The notes below the pieces were generated by a model, which was not told the DNA's origin, made no database searches, and was given only the letters and a program-made list of their open reading frames with translations. From NCBI GenBank assembly GCA_964490105.1, contig CAZAZU010000001.1, positions 227,804 through 291,803 of the forward strand: 64,000 bases of DNA, read 5' to 3'. Positions within the stretch are counted from its first letter, which is position 1. Every line of letters begins with the position of its first letter. Shown one piece after another: positions 10,217 through 18,967 of this stretch. The position numbers were made by a program, and so were the translations under genes. This DNA comes from an uncultured Gammaproteobacteria bacterium. GTDB taxonomy: Bacteria; Patescibacteriota; Microgenomatia; Levybacterales; UBA12049.

Positions 10217-10834
10217 ATGACAAATTTAAAATTAAAATTAACAACGAGTTTAGTTACAGCAGCATTTGTAGCGGGAGTAGTTGCTCCAGCTGGTGCATTT
10301 GCAGCAACCAATGTAACTGTTTCTGGAAACGGACCTGACTCTACTAACAAAGTAAAAGTCAAAAACGTTAAGAAAACTAAACTCAAGCAATCAAATACTT
10401 CAAGCGTAGTTAATTCAATTGGAGTATCTCAGAATACTGGCGGTAATACAGCCAATGAGAATAACGGTGGGGCCGTTACTGTAACTAGCGGGAATGCTAC
10501 AGCAACAGTAAATGTTACAAATACTACCGGCAGTAACTATATGACTTGGGATAGTGTTTGCGGATGCATGGTTCCTGATACAACAGTTGATATCAAGGAT
10601 AACGGTGCAGATTCCTATAACAAAGTAAAAGTCGTAAATTATGACTCCACAAAAGTTAAGCAAAATAACACTGCTACTATTGTAAATTCAATTTCCGTTG
10701 GTCAAACAACCGGAGACAATGAAGCCAATAAAAACAATGGAGGCACTGTTGAAGTAACTAGTGGAGATGCTAGTGCTGAAATCACAGTTGAAAATACAAC
10801 TGGTGACAATGTTCTTGGACCTATGACCCCATAA
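10217..10834 (+). CDS. Secreted Asn-rich repeat protein (2 repeat units)
   Basis: SD AAAGGAGGTG; signal peptide ending AFA; two GNG.DS.N...Q.N...TG.N.AN.NNGG.V.V.SG.A units with a CGC linker. Confidence 0.85.
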   Translation: MTNLKLKLTTSLVTAAFVAGVVAPAGAFAATNVTVSGNGPDSTNKVKVKNVKKTKLKQSNTSSVVNSIGVSQNTGGNTANENNGGAVTVTSGNATATVNVTNTTGSNYMTWDSVCGCMVPDTTVDIKDNGADSYNKVKVVNYDSTKVKQNNTATIVNSISVGQTTGDNEANKNNGGTVEVTSGDASAEITVENTTGDNVLGPMTP

Positions 10835-10851
10835 GGCTTAGAGCTACTAAT

Positions 10852-10888
10852 AAAACCCTGCCTGAGTGCGCACGACGGCGGGGTTTTT
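10852..10888. terminator. Bidirectional intrinsic terminator between convergent genes
   Basis: AAAACCCTGCC...GGCGGGGTTTTT. Confidence 0.7.
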
Positions 10889-11468
10889 AGTTTGTAGGAG
10901 TAGCAAAAACTAATAATCGTTTTAATGATGTTCCGATTGGCCAGCAGGTTTGGAGAATTAACTGGTTTTTATCTTGTTTTAAATACTCTACTTCATTCGG
11001 CCACACAACTTTCTTCCCAGTTACTTTATAAGTATAGATTTTATTATCTTTTTTGATTTGGATCTCGTCATTTTTTTCTAGCTCTCCAAGTTTTAGAAAA
11101 ATAGTGTTGTAGTTACTTATTTCTACCGGATTTCCTGAAGAGTGGGCGAAAATAAACATACTTCCCTTTTCTCCTGGTAGAGATGTATTTTTAGCATGTG
11201 CCACTCCCTTTTTTAAAACCTCCTGGTACTCAGTCTCATTAAAAGCATTTACGTTGAAAGTGACTGGCGCTTGAGCATGAATTTTAGGAACTGAAATGTA
11301 GTTATTTGGAAGCGCTTGAATGTCAACAATTTTTGGAGGGAAAAGATATACAGAGATCAACGGATAAAAAAGAATAAAAAATAATGATATTGATCCCAAT
11401 ATCAAAAAATTTCCAATATATTTGGAAATTTTACTGTTCTTTTGTTTTTTAGTCTTACGTTTAGCCAC
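10887..11468 (-). CDS. Sortase
   Basis: N-terminal basic stretch plus TM; L.KGVAH, FAHSS (His), LILQTCWP (Cys), KR (Arg); likely GTG start at 11468 just after TGTTATAAT. Confidence 0.92.
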   Translation of the reverse strand: MAKRKTKKQKNSKISKYIGNFLILGSISLFFILFYPLISVYLFPPKIVDIQALPNNYISVPKIHAQAPVTFNVNAFNETEYQEVLKKGVAHAKNTSLPGEKGSMFIFAHSSGNPVEISNYNTIFLKLGELEKNDEIQIKKDNKIYTYKVTGKKVVWPNEVEYLKQDKNQLILQTCWPIGTSLKRLLVFATPTN

Positions 11469-11484
11469 GGGCGCTATTATAACA

Positions 11485-12591
11485 CTAGCGTGCAAATAAG
11501 TAATTAGGAGATCTTCCGGACCGTAGCCGCAGGTACCCACCCAAGAAAAATAAAGCTATATTTCCTATCATCATAAGGATCATGAAGTAATCACCGGTGA
11601 CTGGAAGGATTGATCCTAGAACTGATCCGCCGTTTGAACTTGTTCCGCCTGATCCGCCTCCGTTATTTGATGGCCCTGGGTTTGGATTGTTAGTTGGTGA
11701 TGGTGGTGTTCCATCAGGTGGCGTTGTAGGTTTTTCGCTGCAGCAATCTACATCTACTAATCCTACATTTATGTCAGTGTTTTCGATTGTGGTTGCAAGT
11801 ATTATGTCTCCAGTTGTAATTTCTACAGCTCCAGAATTTTTGTTAGCCTCATTTCCTCCAGTGTTAAGCTCCCATGAGGAATTATTTACGATATTAGCAG
11901 AATTATCGACATCGATATTTACACTGCTGTCGTTTACGAATGCTACGTTGTTATTTGAATCAGCTGCGTTGTCTGCAATTTTGATAGAAACATCTCCGCC
12001 AACACCATTTGAAGTTTTAACCTCATAAACATTAATTGAATTATTTTTAATAGTATCGACTACCTTTATACTCCCCGTATTGATAGTTACATTTCCATTG
12101 TTTTCATTTGCGCTGTTATAGCCAGTGTTTGCATAGCCGTTTACGTTATTTGAAATGTTTGCACTGTTATTAATTGAGACATTGTTATTAACGTTTGAAG
12201 AATAGTTAATGCCATTGCTTGATCCTGCGCCATTTCCCGTAATATTTAGCGCTAAATCGCCCTGGCAGCAATTATTTTCTGCATATGACTGGTTAATTCC
12301 CGCATTTATTATTGTCGTATCTACATTTACATCTCCTGTAGTTATATTTACTTCTCCCCCGTTGTTTTCTGAAGCGCTGTTGTCTCCTGTGTTTGCGCTT
12401 ACATCAACGTTATTATTTACCTCTGCGGTATTAGTTTGGGTAGTAGAATTATTATTTGATTGTGAAATATTTACCGTATTGCTCGAGCCTTCTCCGTTTC
12501 CGCTTACTGAAATTTCATCTGCGTTCGCTAAATACGGATTCACGAATAGCGATAAAGATAATAAACCTAATAATATTTTTTTAATTTTCAT
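11485..12591 (-). CDS. Secreted Asn-rich repeat protein (3 units) with LPXTG sorting signal
   Basis: Signal peptide; three repeats; CC linkers; Pro/Gly-rich spacer; LPVTG + hydrophobic helix + RLRSGR tail. Confidence 0.88.
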   Translation of the reverse strand: MKIKKILLGLLSLSLFVNPYLANADEISVSGNGEGSSNTVNISQSNNNSTTQTNTAEVNNNVDVSANTGDNSASENNGGEVNITTGDVNVDTTIINAGINQSYAENNCCQGDLALNITGNGAGSSNGINYSSNVNNNVSINNSANISNNVNGYANTGYNSANENNGNVTINTGSIKVVDTIKNNSINVYEVKTSNGVGGDVSIKIADNAADSNNNVAFVNDSSVNIDVDNSANIVNNSSWELNTGGNEANKNSGAVEITTGDIILATTIENTDINVGLVDVDCCSEKPTTPPDGTPPSPTNNPNPGPSNNGGGSGGTSSNGGSVLGSILPVTGDYFMILMMIGNIALFFLGGYLRLRSGRSPNYLFAR

Positions 12592-12638
12592 AATACTTAA
12601 CTTTCGCGGACAGTTGGCAGATAAAGGCAGGGGTTTAA

Positions 12639-14768
12639 CTAGACAGTTTTTTTAAGAAACTTTTTGCGGGCAAGTATTCCGATTGCAAGTAAAGGTGTTG
12701 CTAATAAAATCCATGCCAGGTTAAGAGTCGCTTTTTTATTAGCGGAATCTTTGGTAAGTCCAGCTACTATTTCATTAGTATTTGCTCCAGCTACTTTTAC
12801 TTCTACATTAGATTCATCATTTGATCCTGCTCCAAATACTTTAGGTAAGAATCCTGCTGCAGCAATTACGCTTGGTCCTTTTGCAACTACACTCGTAGAA
12901 CTTGAGTTAGAGTTAGTGTTTGAATTTTGGTTATTTGAATTATTATTCTCTTGTCCACCCTGAGCTACAACCGGAGATGTATCTTTTTTGCTTCCAGGAG
13001 TCATGAAATCTCCATTCCAGCTTCCGAACACATTTACGAATGTAACAAGTAGTTTTCCTCCAGCGATGTTATTGTTTACAAAGTTAACGATGTTAGCGAT
13101 TGCCTGTGCGTCTCCTGTAATAATTTCTACATCGCCATTATTTTTATCAGCTTGATTACCGCCTGTATTAGCGAATAGATTTATATTGTTGGTGACATTA
13201 GCTGTGTTTGTTTGATTTAGGTTGTTATTAGTTGTGCTATTTACATCTCCATTGTTAGTTGAGCCTGCGCCATTATTTGCATTAGTTACATTTATAGTGC
13301 CATTTGGATCCATTGCGAATTCAAGTCCTTCAGATCCTGCTAAGACTGATCCTTCAGGTGCTCCAAAAAGTTTTCCTACCCAATTGCCTGCTTCATTAAC
13401 GATTACCAGCCACATGTTTCCTCCGATAAGATTCATGTTTGCAATGTTAAGTATGCTTGCGTCTAAATTAGTGTCACCAGTTGTGATGTTTACATCTCCC
13501 TGATTGTTTTTACTTGCAGAATTTTCTCCTGTTTCGGCTTCAAGTATTAAGTTATTTGCGATATTTGCATCATTTGACTGGAATACATTATTGTTTGTTG
13601 TGTTATTTACGCTGCCGTTATTGTCAGATCCAGCAGAGTTTCCCGTATTGGTTACGCTGGTGTCAGTTCCGCAAGTTGAGCACGCAAACTGATCAAATAC
13701 GTTTTCAGGCATTATAATATCCCCTACTAAATCTCCAAATATATTTACTACTCCAAATACTACATTTCCTGCAATATTGTTATTTAGGAATGTGACTAAG
13801 CTAGCTGCTACATTTGCATCCCCAGTTGTGATTGAAGAATCCCCACCTGTGTTTTTTGATGTTTCGTTGTTTCCTGAATCTGCTACAAAATCTATGTTAT
13901 TTACTACTGTCCCGTCATTATTCTGGTTGGTGTTGTTATTAGTGGTGGTATTTGAAGAAGCGTTGTTGTTTGAGTCAGCTCCGTTTCCAATGTTTGCAAG
14001 GGAAGTTGTTCCCGCTCCGCATCCTGCTATGCAATTAGCACCGAAGTCTAAGATAAAATCTCCAAAATGATCGTCGACTATATTAAATTCTGAAATTGCC
14101 ACTCCATCAACGTTGGTGTTTGCTGCAGTTATAACAGTGCCTGATACATTTGCGTCCCCGGTAGTAATTGTAGAATTTCCAATATTTTCAGATGCAGAAT
14201 TGTCTCCTGTGATTGAAGCCTGTGTCATGTTATTTATAATAACCGCACTGTTATTTTGATTAGTATCGTTGTTGGTGACAATTATTGCAGAGCCATTATT
14301 GTCAGACCCAGAGCCATTATCTGTATTTGCAATGCTTACTCCCCCGCTCGTTCCTGTACCAGCGCCGGTTCCGGCTGTGTTCATATTGGTGTTATTAATA
14401 ATTGCCCCAGTGTTGTTTGCATCCCCCGTATTAACATTTGTATCTCCAATATTCCCATTTGCATTTGTTCCGCCGTGTTCAACTTCATCATTTGTTTGAG
14501 TTATTAATGCTTCTGGAGTTGGACTTGGAGTGATGGTAGGTCCTCCGTCTGCTTCTGTAGCAGCAGTAGCTTCACGTGCAGCACGCGCTTCCCCGTCATC
14601 AGGTTTGTCAGGTTTGTCAGCTTTATCTCCATCGTCCCAAGTTTGTGCTTCTTGTGCGGGCTGCGCCTCTCCAGCAGATGTAGCTTCAGTTGCTAATGCA
14701 ACAGATGAAGCACTCTTTCCCAGAAGGAGTGTTAAGATTAAAATTATTGCTATTATTTTTCTAGTCAT
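12639..14768 (-). CDS. Large Asn-rich repeat protein (4 units plus a partial) with C-terminal membrane anchor
   Basis: Signal peptide; NG..S.NN...NQ.N.A...N...TG.N....N.G...I.TGDA units; CxxxC/CxxC linkers; C-terminal TM plus RKK. Confidence 0.85.
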   Translation of the reverse strand: MTRKIIAIILILTLLLGKSASSVALATEATSAGEAQPAQEAQTWDDGDKADKPDKPDDGEARAAREATAATEADGGPTITPSPTPEALITQTNDEVEHGGTNANGNIGDTNVNTGDANNTGAIINNTNMNTAGTGAGTGTSGGVSIANTDNGSGSDNNGSAIIVTNNDTNQNNSAVIINNMTQASITGDNSASENIGNSTITTGDANVSGTVITAANTNVDGVAISEFNIVDDHFGDFILDFGANCIAGCGAGTTSLANIGNGADSNNNASSNTTTNNNTNQNNDGTVVNNIDFVADSGNNETSKNTGGDSSITTGDANVAASLVTFLNNNIAGNVVFGVVNIFGDLVGDIIMPENVFDQFACSTCGTDTSVTNTGNSAGSDNNGSVNNTTNNNVFQSNDANIANNLILEAETGENSASKNNQGDVNITTGDTNLDASILNIANMNLIGGNMWLVIVNEAGNWVGKLFGAPEGSVLAGSEGLEFAMDPNGTINVTNANNGAGSTNNGDVNSTTNNNLNQTNTANVTNNINLFANTGGNQADKNNGDVEIITGDAQAIANIVNFVNNNIAGGKLLVTFVNVFGSWNGDFMTPGSKKDTSPVVAQGGQENNNSNNQNSNTNSNSSSTSVVAKGPSVIAAAGFLPKVFGAGSNDESNVEVKVAGANTNEIVAGLTKDSANKKATLNLAWILLATPLLAIGILARKKFLKKTV

Positions 14769-14842
14769 ATTTATATTATTTAAATTCTAAAATTTGTTAT
14801 TTATGTCTAAATCTCAAGTTTTAAATTTTAATTTCTTTTGGT

Positions 14843-14879
14843 GTAGGGCCAAAGCGAAGTGCTTGCATTGACCCTACAG
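14843..14879 (-). promoter_or_regulatory. Stem-loop just downstream of the 14888-16132 gene (stabiliser or partial terminator)
   Basis: TGTAGGG...CCCTACA inverted repeat; no clean U-tract. Confidence 0.4.
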
Positions 14880-14887
14880 CCTTAAGA

Positions 14888-16132
14888 TTAAAGTCCCAAT
14901 GCGTCCAAAAGGTCGCCTAGATCAAAGCTAATATTAATATTAACTCCTCCTAAGTTCATTTCTGGCCATTCTGGTTCTTCAGAGCCAATACTATTCATAT
15001 TAGCGCTGTTTGCAACTCCGACATTAACATCTGCATCGCCGGTTTCGATTGAAGGATCTTCTCCCGCACCTGCGTTGTTTTTGTTAGCATCATTGTTACC
15101 TGTTTCTGCTTCAGAATTCTTTACGTTAGTATCGAAATCTGCGTTGTTATCTTGATCTGCATCCTGTTTGGAATCGAAATCTCCGTTAACATTGTTATCA
15201 GAGTTGTAAGCGTTTCCAGATACGTCTACAGTAAGTCCGCCTTCTCCAAATACGCATCCACAATTAAGGTCTGCCCAGTTGAAGTTAGCCATGTTATCTA
15301 CTGTTACGTCTACAGATGCGTCTCCAGTATCAATAGAAACTTCTCCGCCATTGTTTTCGTTAGCGTCGTTGTCTCCAGTGTCAGAGTCTCCGTCGACTTT
15401 GTTGTAAAAGTCAGCGTAATTGTCTTGATCAACTGTAACATCTGAATCAACCTCAACTTTTATGTCGTTGTCTGAATCAGCTGCGTTGTTTAAGATTTTT
15501 AGACTCATAGATGTTTCATTGCCATTTCCTCCTCCGACTCTTGCTGAATTAGCATTTGCCCAGTTAGAAACTGCAACTTTTACAGAAGCATCTCCTGTTT
15601 CAATAGAAACGTCTCCGCCATTGTTTTTGTCAGCGTAGTTGTTTCCTGTTTCTGCATCAAGATATTTAACATTATTTTCGAAATCAGCACGATTGTCCTG
15701 ATCTACGTCAATATTATTATCTACATCAAGGTTAACTGTGTTGTCTGAATCAGCAGCGTTGCCGCCGATTTTAACTTCTGTGTTTCCTTGTGTGCAGCAA
15801 TCTACACTAGCACTGTTGGTGTTTGCTCGATTGACAACAGTAGCATTTACGCTAGCGTCGCCAGTCTTTACAGAAACGTCTCCGCCATTGTTTTTGTTAG
15901 CGTCGTTGTCTCCAGTATTTGCATCTCCATCAATATTGTTAGTGAAATTTGCTGTATTGCTTTGTGTAACATTGGTATTCTGTGTGTTGTTCACAACAGC
16001 ATCATTGTTTGAATCAGCACCGTTTCCAGTGATAGTTATAGTTGTACCTGCGAATGCTGCTGGTGTAGCGGCATTAGCTAAAATAGCTACGGTTGCGATT
16101 GCTGTTCCAATTCTTCTTTTGTAATCTGTCAT
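14888..16132 (-). CDS. Secreted Asn/Asp-rich repeat protein (4 units), candidate major subunit
   Basis: SD GAGGGGGTG before ATG 16132; signal peptide ending AFA; four ~88-aa repeats; DCC and CGC linkers; no anchor. Confidence 0.85.
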   Translation of the reverse strand: MTDYKRRIGTAIATVAILANAATPAAFAGTTITITGNGADSNNDAVVNNTQNTNVTQSNTANFTNNIDGDANTGDNDANKNNGGDVSVKTGDASVNATVVNRANTNSASVDCCTQGNTEVKIGGNAADSDNTVNLDVDNNIDVDQDNRADFENNVKYLDAETGNNYADKNNGGDVSIETGDASVKVAVSNWANANSARVGGGNGNETSMSLKILNNAADSDNDIKVEVDSDVTVDQDNYADFYNKVDGDSDTGDNDANENNGGEVSIDTGDASVDVTVDNMANFNWADLNCGCVFGEGGLTVDVSGNAYNSDNNVNGDFDSKQDADQDNNADFDTNVKNSEAETGNNDANKNNAGAGEDPSIETGDADVNVGVANSANMNSIGSEEPEWPEMNLGGVNINISFDLGDLLDALGL

Positions 16133-16203
16133 TATATATTTCACCCCCTCTCTTTTATAGGATCTATTCGCCAGCTGGCGAAGCACTTTCTTTCCGCTTT
16201 TGT

Positions 16204-16265
16204 AAACAAAAACGGAGGCCTCCTCACTTCCATTGCTGGAAATGAAAAAGCCTCCGTTTGCGGTC
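16204..16265 (-). terminator. Leader attenuator: GACCGCAAACGGA motif (copy 2) overlapping the 5' arm of a terminator
   Basis: AAACGGAGGC pairs with GCCTCCGTTT(TTGTTT); inner TTCCA-GCAA-TGGAA hairpin. Confidence 0.7.
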
Positions 16266-16291
16266 AGCTATCTCTATCTAGTGTTAAATGT

Positions 16292-16321
16292 AACTTACAA
16301 CACTAAATGCTTGCTTGTCAA
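16292..16321 (-). promoter_or_regulatory. Possible promoter for the repeat-protein operon
   Basis: TTGACA-18-TAAGTT overlapping the stop codon of the DUF2292-like gene. Confidence 0.4.
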
Positions 16322-16533
16322 TACTTAAAATTTAAGTTTATCCCTGTTCCTGAGCCTTTTCGTATTACGGCGCCGGTAATTTGTCTTTTCGGGTTTGTCG
16401 GGACGTTGGTTTTTTTTATGATTCTTGTAGATATTTGAGTGACTACTCCGCCCTGCACAATTACCTCAACGCTACCGAAGTGTATATTATCTATTGCTTG
16501 TTTGATTTCATCGATTATCGATTGATCAGCCAT
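16318..16533 (-). CDS. DUF2292/YezD/OscA-like small protein
   Basis: I..AI..I.FGSVEV.VQ.G.V.QI signature. Confidence 0.8.
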   Translation of the reverse strand: MADQSIIDEIKQAIDNIHFGSVEVIVQGGVVTQISTRIIKKTNVPTNPKRQITGAVIRKGSGTGINLNFKY

Positions 16534-16536
16534 AAG

Positions 16537-17199
16537 TTATCTAGTGAGCGTTAATTTGATGGTTTCTTTTTTACCTGTTAATTCTCCTATTAACAAAGTT
16601 AAGTCGCGGTCAGTATCGTTAATTGGAAGTCCAATTCTTGTATACTTTGTAGAATTTGCCTGAATCTGGATAGGATCGTTATGGATTTCAGGAGCAAGCT
16701 GTTCTTCTTTTCCGTTTACTCTAACTCTTACATAGTCTTTTGCGTTAATTTCTATAGTTTTTGTGTATGGATTTGTGATTTTTAAATCAAAGATTAAAAA
16801 CGTTCTTCCTTTTACTGCTTTTGCTAGTTTTCCCTGAAAAATAAATGAGTCCTGAAGATTTGCTGTTTCTACAAGATATGAGATTTGAGCAACTGTTTTT
16901 CCTTTATCATCCTTTAGCGGGAATTTAAATTCATTATTTAGTTGTTGTGTTGCTATTGGAGTTGGTGCGCTTGCTCTTTCATCTGAAAGTCCAAAGCTCG
17001 CTCCAGGAGCGATAAATCTTCCTGCAACGAAGGAGAGCACTAGAAGGACCGCAACTACTGCAACCGTAACGTGATTTCTCTTAAGACTTCTTGAAAGATT
17101 AATGTTTTTTAGTGCTTGAGTATTAGAAAGAATGGATGAAGTTCTGCTTTTTGCTAACGTAAACTTTGTGTATAAATTATTTAAATTTTGATTACTCAT
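16537..17199 (-). CDS. Membrane-anchored protein with DUF4352-like Ig-fold domain
   Basis: Single TM, then G.TFLI.DL.ITN...TIEI...DY.R pattern. Confidence 0.55.
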   Translation of the reverse strand: MSNQNLNNLYTKFTLAKSRTSSILSNTQALKNINLSRSLKRNHVTVAVVAVLLVLSFVAGRFIAPGASFGLSDERASAPTPIATQQLNNEFKFPLKDDKGKTVAQISYLVETANLQDSFIFQGKLAKAVKGRTFLIFDLKITNPYTKTIEINAKDYVRVRVNGKEEQLAPEIHNDPIQIQANSTKYTRIGLPINDTDRDLTLLIGELTGKKETIKLTLTR

Positions 17200-17206
17200 C
17201 TTAAAT

Positions 17207-17229
17207 AAAAATGCCCCTTTCTCGGGGCA
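17207..17229 (-). terminator. Terminator-like hairpin in the 5' leader of 16537-17199
   Basis: TGCCCC-GAGAAA-GGGGCA-TTTTT between a TTGACA-18-TAATAT promoter (17274-17245) and the ATG. Confidence 0.6.
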
Positions 17230-17332
17230 AGATTTAGTCTTCGGATATTAACAAAATTTTTTTGTTCTTGTCAAGAGGAATATTTTTGTCACTCATTTTA
17301 AGCACGAAATGCTATAATACCAACCAAATCTA

Positions 17333-18814
17333 ATGAAAGTAAAAACAAATTTTTTAAGCAATCTGTTATCTTTCGTATTACTTATCGCTGTATCTATCGG
17401 TTCTCTATTTTATCCAACTGACCCTGATTTAGGATGGCATTTGAAGTATGGTGAAAGCTTTTTCGAGAATAATCAAGTTCTAAGAGAAAATACTTTTTCC
17501 CGGCTAATGCCGGACTATAAATGGAACAATAGTTCATGGGGAACGGATTTAATAACCTATCAAGCATATAGTAATTTTGGGTTCTTAGGGGTTTCAGCTT
17601 TAGGCGCACTGGTAATTACATTAACATTTATATTTATTGGAAAAGCTGCGAAATTAGATTTGTTTGAAAAATCAGTTTTATTTCCTGTACTTCTGTACTT
17701 AACTCTTCCCGTAAATCAAGTCTCATTCAGAGGTCAACTTTTAAGCTTGCTTTTAATTGCTGTAATGTACTGGGGTCTATCTATATATAAGGAATTAGGA
17801 GACAAAAAATTAATTTTACTTTTAATTCCCTTTTTTACACTATGGTCAAATCTTCACGGAGAATTTGTATTAGGACTTGCTTTATTCGGCCTTTGGGTAA
17901 TTATATATTTAATAAAAGAATATTATTTGGATTATAGAAAAAAGCTCAGAGATTTAATAAGTAAAGAAAGATTTTTAATTATTGCACTTTTACTTTCGTC
18001 TTTTTCAGTAATTATTAATCCATTCGGAATCGGAGTTTACATAGAAACTTTTGGACATCTTGGAGATCCGATGCAAAAAAGCATAGTCGAATGGCTATCG
18101 CCCAATGATTATTCATTTGTTTGGTGGCACCAGCTACTTGCCGGGATGGTGCTAACTTTAGGACTTGCACTTCAGGGAACTGGCAGGAAAACCTTGGATC
18201 TAGCTCCGTTTTATCTTCCTTCTTTTATATTATTCATATTTACTTTTTGGATAAGCAGATATGCATGGCCTTTTTATTATTCTTCAGTCTTTTTATTAAA
18301 ACCCGTTATTTCATTTTTAAAACCGGAAAGCAAGAAATATCAATTAATAGTTTCATCTGTTTTTATTGTTTGCTTTCTCTCTATTTCCATTTGGAGCAAG
18401 TATCCTTTTACAGAATTTAAAAATATGAGTTGGGATGAATATTGCAGAAGATCCATCAGTTGTTCTCCTGGTGCAGCAAATGCAGTAATTGAAAATAAAC
18501 TTAATAATAATGATTTACTTACGATTTATGATTATGGCGGTTGGCTAATCTGGAATTATCCGCAAGTTAAGCCTACGATTGACGGGAGAATGCATCTATG
18601 GAGAAATGAGGGTGGATACTCAGCATTTGAATACTACTATCCAATTGAGCAAAACATGAAAGACATCGATAATAGCCGTTACAATGCAGTTCTTACATCA
18701 AATAGGAAACCTATATATAATAGACTTGTAGAACTACGAAATCAGGGTAAATGGGAAGCAGTACATGTAGACAAATATAGCGCATTATTTATAAGAACAC
18801 CCTCAAAAAATTAA
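17333..18814 (+). CDS. Polytopic membrane protein, GT-C glycosyltransferase-like
   Basis: D.DLGWHL..G first loop, LWSNLHG, INPFG, EW, Y.YGG.LIW, IDGR motifs; many TM helices. Confidence 0.7.
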   Translation: MKVKTNFLSNLLSFVLLIAVSIGSLFYPTDPDLGWHLKYGESFFENNQVLRENTFSRLMPDYKWNNSSWGTDLITYQAYSNFGFLGVSALGALVITLTFIFIGKAAKLDLFEKSVLFPVLLYLTLPVNQVSFRGQLLSLLLIAVMYWGLSIYKELGDKKLILLLIPFFTLWSNLHGEFVLGLALFGLWVIIYLIKEYYLDYRKKLRDLISKERFLIIALLLSSFSVIINPFGIGVYIETFGHLGDPMQKSIVEWLSPNDYSFVWWHQLLAGMVLTLGLALQGTGRKTLDLAPFYLPSFILFIFTFWISRYAWPFYYSSVFLLKPVISFLKPESKKYQLIVSSVFIVCFLSISIWSKYPFTEFKNMSWDEYCRRSISCSPGAANAVIENKLNNNDLLTIYDYGGWLIWNYPQVKPTIDGRMHLWRNEGGYSAFEYYYPIEQNMKDIDNSRYNAVLTSNRKPIYNRLVELRNQGKWEAVHVDKYSALFIRTPSKN

Positions 18815-18818
18815 TTGC

Positions 18819-18847
18819 TTGACACTTTTTTAAAAGATCTATATAGT
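18819..18847 (+). promoter_or_regulatory. Sigma70-type promoter
   Basis: TTGACA-17-TATAGT. Confidence 0.65.
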
Positions 18848-18890
18848 ACTCTAACTATGACTTATAATTTTAACATAATAGTAAGAGACT

Positions 18891-18914
18891 AACCGCCATT
18901 TTGGGCGGTTTTTT
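18891..18914 (+). terminator. Terminator-like hairpin between the promoter and the 18968 gene
   Basis: AACCGCC-ATTTTG-GGCGGTT-TTTT. Confidence 0.7.
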
Positions 18915-18967
18915 ATCGAAAAAACACAATTTAATTTGAATTTTAATTGTGAAAGGAGGTGAAAAAA

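Noticed and set aside
15330-15920. DNA direct repeats suggesting a CRISPR array
   Set aside because: They are in-frame coding repeats of the protein unit; spacing is not CRISPR-like and there are no cas genes
11597-16124. Many + strand ORFs opposite the repeat-protein genes
   Set aside because: Antisense shadows of low-complexity Asn/Gly/Thr codons, with no SD or motifs
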